A DNA stretch of 64,000 nt from Squalus acanthias (GCA_030390025.1 JASTWF010000355.1:62001-126000), one strand, 5' to 3'. Shown: positions 33,915-46,379, counted from the first letter of the stretch. Notes: generated by a model not told the origin, from the letters alone. Translations and numbers: made by a program.

Positions 33915-34165
33915 TGGCTAATAGTTTGAGGAGCTGTAATAGTTTGAGGGGCTATATTAACTTGAAGTTCGGTATTCATTTGAGATAACATATTAGTTTC
34001 AGGTACTCTATTAGTTTGAGGAGCTGCATTGATTTGAGAGTCGGTATTAATTTGAGATACTGTATTAGATTGAGGTGCTGTATTAGAGTGCGGTGATGTA
34101 TTCATTTAAGGGGCTGCATTATTTTAGATAATGATTTTGGATTGAGGGGATTTATTATTTTGAGG
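33915..34165. repeat. Diverged 18-bp minisatellite
   Basis: TTTGAGGAGCTGTAATAG-like units; the minus frame reads as (NTAPQT)-like hexapeptides. Confidence 0.75.
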
Positions 34166-34592
34166 ATCCATCGACATAAATTCGCCACTTTAATTGTTTA
34201 ACTAAATGGCCACAAATAAGGAGGACAGCACCATCCCAGAGTGCAGCAGAGCAGCCCTGACAGGACTCTCTAACATTTGGAATATAATTACAGAATGGCC
34301 ACAGCAGAGTGAAGGACATCACCGAAACAATATGATGCCTAGAGATGAGCATGTTGGTGTTTGCAACAACAACCCCATTGCTGGGAGAATACAGAGGGAA
34401 TTTCCATTAGTTAATTCATGTTATCAGAATTCACCGGTCTTTGGAGTTTTTAATTTCAATCTCAGCACTAAACATATTCCATCACCACAGGGAATTAACT
34501 TAGCTGTCGTAATCTGTTTGTTCAAATATTTAAAAAATATATTATCTTCAGCGATGTTGCAACCTCAATATCCCCGTGGAGATCCCGCAGGG

Positions 34593-34598
34593 TATAAA
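34593..34598 (+). promoter_or_regulatory. TATA box of the GPCR gene
   Basis: GGTATAAAGG lies ~90 nt upstream of the ATG at 34685. Confidence 0.6.
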
Positions 34599-34684
34599 GG
34601 AAAGGCTCTGGGATTGTACCGTCTCAGAGTATAATTCAGAGAGATTGCCTGCAGCACGAAGCGACACATCGCTTCACACAGAAA

Positions 34685-34751
34685 ATGATTGAAACATATT
34701 ACAGTGTGGAGAAAATATATTACGTGATCATTGCCGTCATCGGTGTTCCTG
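34685..34751 (+). CDS. GPR139-like class A GPCR, exon 1 (MIETYYSVEKIYYVIIAVIGVP plus 1 nt)
   Basis: ATG in AAAATGA context; encodes the first half of TM1; perfect donor G|GTAAGT at 34752. Phase 1 joins G|TG to exon 2, giving VP-V-NLLAIVILS. Confidence 0.9.
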
Positions 34752-35072
34752 GTAAGTGATTATAACCATTGAAGTTGTGTAAATCTGTGTGTGAGGTGGT
34801 CTCTGGTTTTGCTCTGTGACTGATTATGTTACATCCTGATCTAGTGGTCACCGTTATACAGACACCCGATCAGTGATAGCATTTCGTTCAGTCAAATGTC
34901 CTGAATTACCTCTGATGTTTTATTCCAATGCCTCAACTGAAAGTAAAACTCTGTTTGTAATTCACGGGCTCGCTGTGTTATGAAGTTATTGCCTTTAGTG
35001 TAATATTGTGTACTGTTGAATCAGACCTCAGTGTAAGCTACACTCTGAGAAAAGGTATAAGTGGAAGGGATT

Positions 35073-35345
35073 GTCACTAACCGGAGTGGAACACCTGACC
35101 CCAGTTGCCATGTATTACTTGGAGTATCTGTCACTGTATAACTCTACTGAGTGTAGGTCACTAACCGGAGTGGAACACCTGACCCCTGTGGCCATGTATT
35201 ACTGGGAGTATCTGTCACTGTAGAACTCTACTGAGTGTGGGTCACTAACCGGAGTGGAACACCTGACCCCAGTGGCCATGTAATACTGGGAGTATCTGTC
35301 ACTGTAGAACTGTACTGAGTGTGGGTCACTAACCGGAGTGGAACT
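35073..35345. repeat. 84-bp tandem repeat, ~3.2 copies, in the GPCR intron
   Basis: GTCACTAACCGGAGTGGAAC at 35073, 35157, 35241 and 35325. Confidence 0.95.
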
Positions 35346-35489
35346 AATCGATTCCAATTTGAAATTATTGTTTTAGATGACTGATCTCTTCATGGAGCTG
35401 CATTCGTGTTTTCCCAATGTAATCAATGGCAAAGGGGAAGAACTTTGCTGTTGTTTGAAGAAGTTTGATTATAAGCATATGAGGCGCTG

Positions 35490-35980
35490 CAACGGACGTT
35501 CACTACATTGATTTCTAGGGTGAGAGGGCTGTCCTATGATGAGAGTTTGTGTAGAATGGGCTGAAACTCTCTGCAGTTTAGAAGAATGAGAGGTGATCTC
35601 ATTGTAACATACAAGATTCTGAAGGGGATTTCCAGGGTTAGATGCTGAGAGGCTGTAGTGTCTAGAACTAGGGGGCATAGTCTCAGAATAAGGGGTCGTC
35701 CATTTAATACCGAGATGAGAACGAACATCTACGCTCAGAGGTTTGTGAATCTTTGGAATTCTCTGCCCCAGGGGGCTGTGCATGCTGAGTCGTTAATTAT
35801 ATTCAAGACTGAGATAGATGGATTTTTGGACTCTCGGGGAATTAAGGGATATGGAGATCGTTCGGGAAATTGGAGTTGAGGTCGATGTTCAGCCATGATC
35901 TTATTGAATTGCGGAGCAGGCTGGAGTGTTCGTATTGCCTACTCCTGCTCCCATTTCTTATGTTCTTATGTTCCTATATG
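35490..35980 (+). mobile_element. CR1 3' end (intronic)
   Basis: Reads SRTRGHSLRIRGRPFNTEMR..FVNLWNSLPQ; tail TTCTTATGTTCTTATG. Confidence 0.88.
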
Positions 35981-36589
35981 AGGTGAAATGCATTGATAAT
36001 GCTTTGTTTCCTCTTGAACTGCTCCAACAGAAACAGATGTTAACTAATTTCTGACAGGTAAACAGCAGGACAGCAATGTTACAGTATTCAAATCCTCTGT
36101 ATAATGACTTATTCTGACTCTATGTATAGTTATTGTAAACACTTTAATTGTTTTGGTGCTGATTCATCCCCTTCCCCCAACACAGTCCTGAGAATCTGTG
36201 GGTCATGAGTGCTGAATTTCATTGTTTTACCGTTAGACGGGATGAATATTGGGCTGTGGTTATTGATTATTCCACGTCTGTAACTGATTAAGGTATGACG
36301 AACCTGTTCTTATCTTGGATTCAAAGTCTCTGCACATGTAACCTGCAACGATCTCTGGCCTTAGCTCAGTTAGGTGAGTCCCTACGAGGAGAGACACGTA
36401 TAACTGAAGAACATGCATATCAAGTTTTCATAATTCAGAGATCGGTTCCGGGGGCAGTAAATAATAGCATTAATAAATTGATAATAATGTAATACATAGA
36501 GCAATGCTTTAATAAATAAAACAATTCAATATCCGCAATGATTAAATGAACTGATGAATGTGATTAATTTGTACTCAAGTAACGGAGAA

Positions 36590-37815
36590 CTCCTTAGAAG
36601 TTGCAGCACAAAACAGGCCATTCGGCCCTACTAGGTTATGCCAGTGTTTATGCTCCACAGGAGCCTCCTCCCACCCCTCTTCATCTCACCCTATCAGCAT
36701 AACCTTCTACTGCATTCTACCTCGTGTACTTCTCTAGCTTACCCTTAAATGCATCTCTGCTATTCGCCTCAAGTACTCCAAGTTGTAGCGAGTTCCACAT
36801 TCTAACCAATCTCTGAGTAAAGAAATTTCTCCTCAATTCCGTGTTGGAATTATTAGTGACTATCTATTATCGATAATCTCCAATTTTGCACTCACGTCAC
36901 AAGTATAAACATCTACCCAATGTTACCCCTTCAAAATGTAAAGGGGTCTTCGGCCACCCCTCAGCCATCTCTTTTGTAAAGATAGGAACCCAAGCCTGTT
37001 CAATCTTTCCTGATCGTTATAATGTCTCATTTCTGGTGTCATCCTTTTAAAAATATTGCACTTTCTCCTGAGCATTTATATCCTTTATGTAATATGGAGA
37101 TCAGAACTGCACACAGTACGCTCAGTGTGGTATTACCAAGGTTCTATATAAGTTTAAGCTAACCTCTTTGCTTTAGGATTCTATTATTCTAGAAATGAAC
37201 CCAAGTGCTTTGTTTGCATGTTTATGGCCTTGTTAACATGCGTTGCTACTTTAAATGGTTTGTTAATCGATACCCCTCTACCCCATTCCCACTCTGATTT
37301 TCCAAGGAGTATATGGGAACGTTATTCTTCCGACCAAAATGCAGTACCTCACACTTAGCTATATTGTAATTAATTTTCCATTTAAACGCCCTTTCTGCAA
37401 GTTTATTAATGTCTTCAAATATTGTGTTGATTCTTCCTCCGTATTTACTGTATTCCCAATTTGGAATCGTCTGCAAATTTTGAATTTGTGCTTCTGCTTC
37501 CCAAATCAGTAACGTTTCTGTACATGTTGAACAACAGTGTTCCCAACGCCGATCTTTGTGGAACATCACTTCTCACCATCCACCTATCTGAGTAAATAGC
37601 TTTATCCACTACTCCCTATTTTCTGTTCTTGCAGCTATCTTGCTATCCATTCTGCTGCTTGTTCCCTAACACCACTTGCTCTCTGATTCAGTTTGCTATG
37701 TGGTACCTTATCGAATAGATTTAAAAAATCAAAGTATATTACATCTACTGCATTACCATTATCACTCTTTCTGATACGTATTCAAATAATTCACTAAGGT
37801 TACTCAAACAAGACA
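36590..37815 (-). mobile_element. Old CR1 fragment (intronic)
   Basis: KCEVLHFGRKN motif and a 3' tail of the CAGGCCATTCGGCCC type. Confidence 0.75.
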
Positions 37816-37819
37816 TTCT

Positions 37820-38550
37820 AAAGGGGGTGCAGGAACAGAGGGACCTGGGTTACATGTACACAAATCGTTGAAGGTGGCGGGGCAGGTTGAGAAAGCGGTT
37901 AAAAAAGCTTTTGGCAATCTGGGCTTTATAAATAGAGGCATAGAGTACAAAAGCAAGGAAGTTATGATAAACATTTATAAAGCATTGGTTCGGCCACAAC
38001 TGGAGCATTGTGTCCAATTCTGGGCACCGCACTTTAGGAAGGGCAGGAAGGCTTTAGAGAGGGTGCAGAAAAGATTTACACGAATGGTTCCAGGGATGAG
38101 GACTTCAGTTACGTAGATATACCAGAGAAGCTGGGGTTGTTCTCGTTAGAGCAGAGAGGATTGAGAGGAGATTTGATAGAGGTGATCAAAATCATGAGGG
38201 GTCTGGACAGAGTAGACAGAGTAGATAGAGAGAAACTGTTCCCATTGGTGGAACGGTCGAGAACCAGAGGACACAGGTTTTAGGTGATGTGCTGAAGATC
38301 CAAAGCCGACATCAGGAAAAACCTTTTAAGGCAGTGAGTGGTTATAATTTGGAATGCACTGTCTGAAAGGATGGTGGAGAAAGATTCAATCGTGGCTTTC
38401 AAAAGGGAATGGGAAAGTAACTGAAGGAAAAAAATGCAGGGCTAAGGCGAAAGGGCGGTGGATTGGGATTAGCTGCAGTGCATGTGCAGAGAATGAGCAC
38501 GGGCTGGACGGAACTAATGGCCTCCTTCTGTGCTGTAACCATTCTATGAT
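37820..38550 (+). mobile_element. CR1 RT 3' fragment (intronic)
   Basis: Reads INRGIEYKSKEVM..LVRPQLEHCVQFWAPHFRK; tail CCATTCTATGATT. Confidence 0.9.
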
Positions 38551-38724
38551 TACCTTTTGAAATACCTGCTGACTAATCGTTATTACATTTTGTGTTTCTA
38601 GATGTTTTTCTGTTACATCTTTGAGTAAAATTCCATTATCTTTCCTACCATCGACGTTATGCTAACTGGTCTGTAGATCCTTTGAATTATTCTATCGTCC
38701 ATCTTAAATATAGGAATAACATGT

Positions 38725-40190
38725 AAATGATGAACCCCAGTGGGCTTCCCTTCACTTCCTCGACTTCTCGATTTCCATTTCAGGGGCTAGGCCACCCAAC
38801 AATATCTATTATAAGCCCACCGACTCCCACAGGAATCTTGAGCAGACTTCCTCCCACCCGGCTTCCTGGAAGGGCTCTATTCTATTCTCAAAGTTATTCC
38901 GCCACCGTTGCATATGTTCTGAAGATGCCAACTTCCACACTAGTGCTTCCGATATGTCTTCATATTTCCTCAGTCGACTATACACCTCCATTATGATTGA
39001 CAGGGCCCTCGACCGTGTCAATCCGGCGTTGCTGCCATCCCCCTTGCCCTCCCTGCTAGAACCTAAATAGGGTTCCCATTGTCCTCAGCTTCCACTGCAC
39101 CAGCCTTCACATTCAACGGATCATCCTCTGCCATTTCCGCCACGTCCAGCTAAGGCCACCAACAAACATATCTTATCCTGCCCTCCCGTCCCCCTGGCCC
39201 TCGTGACACCGTGGTCCACTCTTCTGTCAGCCCTACCATCTGCTCCTCTTCCCCGGCACCTTCCTATGCAAGCACAGGAAATGCAACAGCTGCCCATTCC
39301 ACTCTTTGCATCCCACCAGCCATGGCCCCAAACATTCCATCCACTTGAAAGACTAATTTACTTGTACTTCTTCCAATTTAGTATATCATACTCGCTGCCC
39401 ACGATCCAGTCTCCTGCACATTGGGTGGACTAAAGACAGATTGAGTAATTGCGTTGCTGAACGCCTCCTGTCAGTCCGCAAGTTTGACCTGAGCTTCAGC
39501 TCACTTGCCACTTTAATTCTACATCCCACTCCCAATCTGAACTCTCTGTTCTCGGCCACCTGCACTGTTCCCCTTTTAAACTCATGAGGAACAGTATCAT
39601 ATTTTTCGAGTAGGCATTTTATTGCCTGCCAGACTCAACAGTATGTTTAAAAACTTCAGAGCATAACCTTGGCTCCTGTTTTCTCGGACGACATGAGCTG
39701 GTAATGGAGGATGGCTCCACCAGAGCCACTGGGAGTGGAGGAGATGTGGGCTGGGGCTTGGGGTTGCGATACCGGTAAACAGCCAACGGGCTGGTCCAAA
39801 CACCTGGGGGTCTACCCAACTTTCTGTGCCAGATGTGCCCTACTACACCTCCCCCTTGTTATTCTGCTGTAACCATTTACACCTCCTCTAAACCCATCTT
39901 GTGTTTCTTTAATTGTCCCATTCGCCTTGCACCATCATCCCTTTTTTCACTGAATCACTCCTGCCCTCCATCCGATGACAGACATTCCTCTTTGTTCTTT
40001 CCTTATCCTACCGCACTTTTCTCTGACGCCATCATTGCTTTAATACTGTTAATATCTGGATTCTTCCAGTTCTGAAGAAAGGTCATCGACCTGATATGTT
40101 AACTCGGTTTCTCTCTGCACAGATGCTGCCTGACCTGTTGAGTGTATTGAGATTGTCTCTTTTTGACAGCAGTCTCAAAATTTTGCCTTT
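38725..40190 (+). mobile_element. Penelope-like element remnant (GIY-YIG region plus pLTR with hammerhead motif)
   Basis: 39357-39480 translates FTCTSSNLVYHTRCPRSSLLHIGWTKDRLSNCVAERLLSVR, a decayed GIY-YIG domain. The 3' pLTR reads CTGAAGAAAGGTCATCGACCTGATATGTTAAC...CAGATGCTGCCTGACCTG. Confidence 0.8.
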
Positions 40191-40202
40191 ATGAAATAGT
40201 TA

Positions 40203-41383
40203 TGCCTAGATATTAACAGAGGCGGGTTATGAATGATGGCCGGGGGGTTCTGGGTGGCTGCGGAATATCAGACATGATACCTGGAAGTATAGGTATTCCC
40301 AGACGTTGGGGTGTCTTAACTCCACAGCGTACGTCCTTTGTCCTTGACTAGTTCCACAACCCGGAATTCAGCCATATTGACAATGGGGCTTCCAGTCAGA
40401 CGGGGATGGGGGTACTCCGGAGCAGGACCAGGTAGGTCTGATGGACGATACTGGAGGGGGGATGTGGCGTCCGATCCGGAAGTGAGTCCAATCATGGTCC
40501 CAGGGGTTTGACCGGTAGCGGGTGTTTCATCCGTCCTGGGTGTTTGTCCGGACACTGCTGTTTGACCGGAACCGTGGGTTTGACTGGCCCCAGGGGTTTG
40601 ACCGGTCCCGGGGTTTGAACAATCCCGGGGATTTGACAGGTCCCGGGGTTTGACCAGTCCCGGGGGTTTGACCAGTCCCGGGGATTTGACCGGTCCCGGG
40701 GGGTTGACCGGTCCCGGGGGTGTGACCAGTCCCAGGGGTTTGACCAGTCCCGAGGGTTTGACCGGTTCCGGGAGATTGACCGGTCCCAGGGGTTTGACCA
40801 GTCCCGAGGGTTTGACCAGTCCCGGGGGTTTGACCAGTCCCGGGGATTTGACCGGTCCCAGGGGTTTGACCAGTCCCGAGGGTTTGACCGGTCCCGGGAG
40901 TTTAACCGGTCCCGGGGGGTTTGACCAGTCCTGGGGGTTTGACCGGTCCCAGGCGTTTAACGGGTCCCGGGGGGTTTGACCAGTCCTGGGGGTTTGACCG
41001 GTCCCAGGCGTTTAACGGGTCCCGATGGGTTTGACCAGTACTTGGGGTGTGAGCGGATCCGGGGGTGTGACCAGTCCCGTGGGTTTGACCAGTCCTTGGG
41101 GCTTGAGCGGACCCGGGGGTTTGACCAGTCCTGGGGGTTTGACCAGTCCAGGGGGTTTGACCAGACATGGGGGTTTAACCGGTCACGTGGTTTTGACCGG
41201 TCCCGGGAGTTTAACCGGTCCTGAGTCTGCCCGGCTCATTAAAATATTTAAATTGTTAACCCGCCTCCTGGGAGCGGTTCGTTGCCGCCCCCTGTCCTGT
41301 CTCCGTTCAACACCGAAGCCAGCGGGTTGGAAGCTGTGTCCCGACCCCAACCCGCCAGTTTTTGGGGTGTTAAAATCCAGCAC
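40203..41383. mobile_element. Non-autonomous PIF/Harbinger-like element with an internal 18-bp minisatellite
   Basis: TTA on both flanks (40200-40202 and 41384-41386). Imperfect TIRs TGCCTAGATATTAACA / TGTTAAAATCCAGCAC, each with an inner GGCGGGTT. Confidence 0.65.
40495..41225. repeat. 18-bp GC-rich minisatellite
   Basis: GGGTTTGACCGGTCCCGG units, ~40 copies; translates as (LTGPGG)n. Confidence 0.95.
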
Positions 41384-41457
41384 TTACTGTCTGGGCTCAG
41401 ACACGGAGAATATGTGATCAGTAATTTCCAGTCTCTTTTCCCTTCTGTGTTTTACAG

Positions 41458-42443
41458 TGAATTTGTTGGCGATTGTGATCCTGTCCCAGGGAAAGTGCGG
41501 GCTCTCCACCTGCACCACTCGCTACCTGGTGGCCATGGCAGCGGCAGATCTCTTGCTCATTGTCACTGAGGTCATACTGTTCCAGATCAAATATCATTAT
41601 TTCCCAGTGAGTTTCCTGAACATCACCCCTGTGTGTAGTGTTATCAATGTCCTGGCTCGTGCAGCCACAGACTGTTCTGTCTGGTTCACCGTCACTTTCA
41701 CCTTTGATCGATTTGTGACCATTTGTTGCCAGAAGCTGAAATCTAAATATTGCACCGGGAAAACTGCGGATATCGTTCTGGGAACAACCGGAATTCTGCT
41801 CTGTTTAAAAGACGTTCCCTTCTACTTTACAAATCAACCCGCGGTGATAATCGACAATGTGCCGTGGTTCTGTGACACAATCCCGAGCTTTTTTACTGAG
41901 CCCAGGTGGGTGGAATTTAATTGGTTTGATTCGGTTTTAACCCCATTGCTCCCATTCGCTTTAATTCTGTTGCTCAACGCTCTGACAGTCAGACACATTT
42001 TTATGGCCAGTCGTGTCCGTAAGGGACTGAGGGGTGAGAGCAAGGGACAGAATGGCAGAGACCCAGAGATGGAGAGCAGAAGGAAGTCTGTGATTTTGCT
42101 GTTCACCATATCCGCCAGCTTCATACTGCTGTGGCTGGTCTATGTTATGGAATTCTTATACTATAACATTACAGGAACAGATCCCTATTATTACACATAT
42201 TCTTTATTTATCTTTGAACAAGTTGGAATTATGCTGCGGAATTTAAGTTGCTGCACAAACACATTTATTTATGGGGTGACCCAGTCCAAGTTCAGAGAGC
42301 AGGTGAAGAGGGCGGTGAATTATCCGCTTACCTCAATTATTCAATTCATTAATAATCAGAAACAGGTGAGCGCAGCCCAGAGGCGGCTCCCAGTGTTTCC
42401 AGCCCAGGAATGTAATATTCAGCCCCAGACTGCCACCCACTGA
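41458..42443 (+). CDS. GPR139-like class A GPCR, exon 2 (spliced product 350 aa)
   Basis: Pyrimidine tract plus TTTACAG acceptor (AG 41456-41457), then an uninterrupted ORF: N in TM1, YLVAMAAADLL (TM2), TFDRF (DRY), PLLPFALILLLN (TM5), FILLW (TM6), CCTNTFIY (NPxxY variant) and helix 8 SKFREQ. These patterns fit the GPR139/GPR142 family. No orthology is claimed. Confidence 0.93.
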
Positions 42444-42709
42444 ATTACACCAGCAATCGCTGGAGATCTGAAGATACAGCCAGCGGCGGGGCGAGCACTG
42501 TGTTTAGGACTCTCCGCATGTTTCTGACTGACATTTCTCACATTGTCTTTCGGGACAGGACCACTAGTTTGCTGCTTTCACTCTGAGCTCTTCTGTAAAG
42601 AGTCCCTTCAGCGATTGAGGGCAGCAATTCATTCGCAGCTTCCAGAGTAAGAGCCTTGTCAATAGGTAGGCAGACAGAGCTGAGCTGCAGTTCAGAGGAT
42701 TATATTACA

Positions 42710-43170
42710 TGGAATATACAGCACACAAACAGGCCATTCGGCCCAATCAGTCGGTGCTGGTGTTTATGCTCCACACCAGTCTCCTTTCATTGCATCTACC
42801 TCATCTCAGCTCTCAGAATATTTTTCTATTCCCGTTTCTCTCACTTACTCGTCTGGTTCCATTCTGAAAGAACCTAAACTATTTTCCTCAACCACTTCCT
42901 GTGGTAGAGAGTTCCACATTCTAACCACTCACTGAGTACAGAAATTGCTCCTTATTTCCCTATTGAATTTATTATTAACTATCTTGTATTTATGACCCCA
43001 AGTGTTGCAATCTCCCACAAGTGTAAACATTCTCTCCACATCTACCCTGTCCAACCCATTCTTAATTTTAAAGATCTCTATTAGGCCTCATCTCAGTCCT
43101 CTCTCTTCTATAGCAGAAAGGCCAAACCTGTTTAATCTTTCCCGAGAGTTGCAATCTTTCAGTTCTGGTG
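42710..43170 (-). mobile_element. Old CR1 3' fragment
   Basis: AGGCCATTCGGCCC tail and GAGTTCCACATTCTAACCACTC (reverse complement of RVVRMWNSL). Confidence 0.75.
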
Positions 43171-43184
43171 CCTTACAACTAAAT

Positions 43185-43998
43185 ATTTGTAACACCGAAG
43201 CTATTGGCCCCCTTCCAAACTCCAAGCAAGCCACGACTCCATCCCTCTCCTTAGCACCAGTTTGCTGTTTGCAACCTTGGTGTCGTATATGACAACGGGA
43301 TGATCTTCCGACCAGATATTCACTCCATCACCAGGACGGCTTACTTCCAGCTCGGTAACATCGCCGACCTTCGCCCCTGCCTCAGCTCATCCGCTGCTCA
43401 AACCATCATCCATACCTTTGGAAGCTCTGGACTTGATAACACCAACTCTCTCCTGCCCGGCTTCCCATCTCTCACCCTCCATAACTTGAGCTCATTCAAA
43501 GCTGTGCTGCCCGTAACCTAACCCACATCAAATCCCGGTAAACCAGCACCCCTGTGCTCGCTGATCGACAGTGACTCCCGTTCCGGCAATGCCTCAATTT
43601 TAAAATGATCATCCTTGCTTTCAAATCCTACATGGCCTCGCCCTCCCTACCTCTGCAAGCTCCACCAGCCCCTCAACACTCCCGAGATCCCTGTGCTACT
43701 CTAATTGTGGCCTCTTGCACATCCCCGATTTTAACCGCTACACCATTGGAGGCTGGGCTTTCAGCTGCCTGGGCCCTAAGCTCAGGAATCCCCTCCCTGA
43801 ACCTCTCTGCTTCTCTAAATCTCCCTCCTCCTTTAAGATGCTGCTTAAACTTACCTCTTTGACTACGCTTTTGCTCATCTTTCCTAATATCTCCTTATGT
43901 GGCTCAGGGTCAGGTTTTGTTCAATAACGCTCCTGTGAATCGCTTGGGTCATTTTACTATGTTAAAGCGCTATATATATCCAAGTTGTTGTTGTTGTA
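43185..43998 (+). mobile_element. L2 LINE 3' fragment
   Basis: Reads HSITRTAYFQLGNIADLRPCLSSSAAQTIIHTF and GGWAFSCLGPKLRNPLPE. The L2-type 3' end is CTGTGAATCGCTTGGG..GCGCTATATA..(GTT)n. Confidence 0.85.
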
Positions 43999-43999
43999 A

Positions 44000-46095
44000 T
44001 TACTTTTTGCACTTTGTCCAGTTCTTCTATGTCCTTTTTACATTATGGAGACCATAACTATGCACAGTTCTCTAGTGTGACCTGACCCGGGTCTTATACA
44101 TGTTTAATACAATTTACAAAGTATTTACAGCACAGAGACAGGCCATTCGACTCAAAATGTCCATGTTGGTGTCGATGCTCCACACGAGCCTCCACCCACT
44201 GTCTTTCATCTAACCCAATAAATATATTGTTCTATTCCGTTCCCCCTTTAACTGTGTCTGTGCTATTCGCATCAACTGCTCCTTGTGGTAGCGAGTTCCA
44301 CATTCTGACCACTCATTTGTTAAAAATGTTTCTCCTGAATTCCCTATTAGATTTATTAATGACTATCTTAAATCTATGACCCCAAGTTCTGGTCTCTCCT
44401 GCAAGTGGAAACACCTTCTCTAATCTACCCTATGAAACTCTTTCATAATCTCAAAGAACACTATCTGATTATCCCTCAGTCTTCACTTTCTTAAAGCAAC
44501 GAGCCCCAGCCTGTTCAGTCTTTTCTGTCAGATATTACCTCTCAGTTCTGGTATCATTCTGGTAAATACTGTTTGTACCTTCGCCAGTCCCTCTATGTCC
44601 TTTTTATAAGATGGAGACTAAGTTCACAGTACACCAAGTGTGGTCTAACCAAGGTTCCATACAAGTTTAACATAACTTCTGTGCTTTACAATTATATCCA
44701 TCCAGAAATGAACCCCAGTGCTTTCTTTGTTTTTATGGCCTTATCAACCTGCATTGCAACTTTTAGTGATTTATGTAACTGTACCATCACACCCCTCTGT
44801 CCCTCAACCCCGTTTGGAACTTATTTTCCAAGGAGTCTGTGACCTCCGTATTCTTCCTATTAAAATGCACTACCTCACATTTCCCTACATGAGTTTCATT
44901 TGCCAGTTACACGCCCAGTTTGCCAGTTTAATAATGTCTTCCTGGATTTTGTGGCAGTCCTCCTCTGTATTAACTATAAACCCCCATTTGGGTGGCATCC
45001 ACAATGTTTGAAATTGCACTTCTGATATCCTGAGTCCGAATTGTTTAAGTAAATGTTGAATAAATGTGTTCCCAGCACCGATCCTTGTGGAACACCACTT
45101 CCCACCATTGGCCAACTTCACTTCTTTTGAATTCTGTCGCCTTAGAAATAAACCCCAATTCATTGTTAGCATTTTAATTGCTTTGCTGTCCAGTGATACT
45201 GCTTTTAATTATTTGTTCACCTGTAGCTCTAGAGCCCTTTGCTCTTCTGCCACGTTCAGTTTCTTATTTTCTAAGGTATCGGTGATTATAGAATCATGGA
45301 ATGATACAGTACAGAAGGAGACCATTCGGCCCACCGTACCTGTGCCGGCTCTTTGGTAGATCTGTCCAATTAATCCCACTCCTCTGCTCTTTCCCTAGTA
45401 TTTTATTTTATCTCAAGTATTTTTTCCAAATCCCCTTTGAAAGTTACTATTGAACCTGCTTCCACCACCCTTTCAGGGAGCGCATTCCAGATCACAACAA
45501 CTCGCTGTGTAAAGAAAAATCCTCCTCATGGTGTCTCTGGTTCTTTTGCCAATCACATTAAATCTGTGTCCTCTGGTTACCGACACCACTGCCACTGGAA
45601 ACAGTTGCTCCTTAATTATTCTATTACATTTATTTAGGCTTTTGAACACCTCTATCAAACCTCCACTTAACCTTCTCTGCTCTAATCCGAACAACCACAG
45701 CTTCTCCAGTCTCTCCACATAACTGAAGTCCCTTATTCCTGGTACCATTCTAGTAAATCTCTTCTGCACTCGCTCCAAGGCCTTGACATTGTCCTAAAGT
45801 GCGGTGCCCAGAATTGGACACAATACTCCAGCTGAAGCCTAATCAGTGGTTTATAAAGTTTTAGCATAACTTCCTTGCTTTTGTACTCTACTGCTTATTA
45901 ATAAAGCGAATGATCCCGTATGCTTTATTAACATACTTCTCAAATTATCCTCCACCTTCAAAGATTTTTGTACATACATGCCTAGGTCCCTCTGTACTGC
46001 AACCCCTTTAAAATTGTACCATTGAGATCACATTGCCTCTTCTCATTTTTCACTTCACAATTCTCTGTGTTAAATAATATCTGCCAAGTGTCTGA
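44000..46095 (-). mobile_element. Nested CR1 fragments (at least 3)
   Basis: 3' tails at ~44120 and ~45290; ORF 45473-45778 reads ERVQKRFTRMVPGIRDFSY..LEQRRL. Confidence 0.82.
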
Positions 46096-46379
46096 CGAAT
46101 TGAATCAGAGTTTGGGCTATGCTGTAAGCAAAGGGATTGGATTCGGAAAGATACGCCATCAGAGAAGTGTAGGATCATGTCAGGTACGTATCTGAAGCTC
46201 TCAACTCTTCAGCCTGAGGTATAGTTTATAAGGGTAAAGACCCAGCTAAGTTTTCTTGGCATTTAGAATCTTGCTTTCGGCTCCAATTATATTTTATTCT
46301 GTTAATGCAAAATATGCAGTAAACGAAGTAAGGAGATAATTTTATATATAGGAATGAGGGTCAATTAGAAGGTGTTGCA

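Noticed and set aside
35073..35345. 84-bp periodic repeat as a CRISPR-like repeat-spacer array
   Set aside because: The whole 84-bp unit is repeated, so the apparent spacers are not unique.
40650..41417. Collagen-like (LTGPGG)n ORFs as an extra GPCR exon
   Set aside because: This is a minisatellite inside a MITE. Exons 1 and 2 already join in frame within TM1, leaving no room for an insert.
41457..41459. GTG start for a single-exon GPCR, as in the ORF track
   Set aside because: The G is the last base of the AG acceptor and TM1 would be incomplete. The upstream exon at 34685 supplies the ATG.
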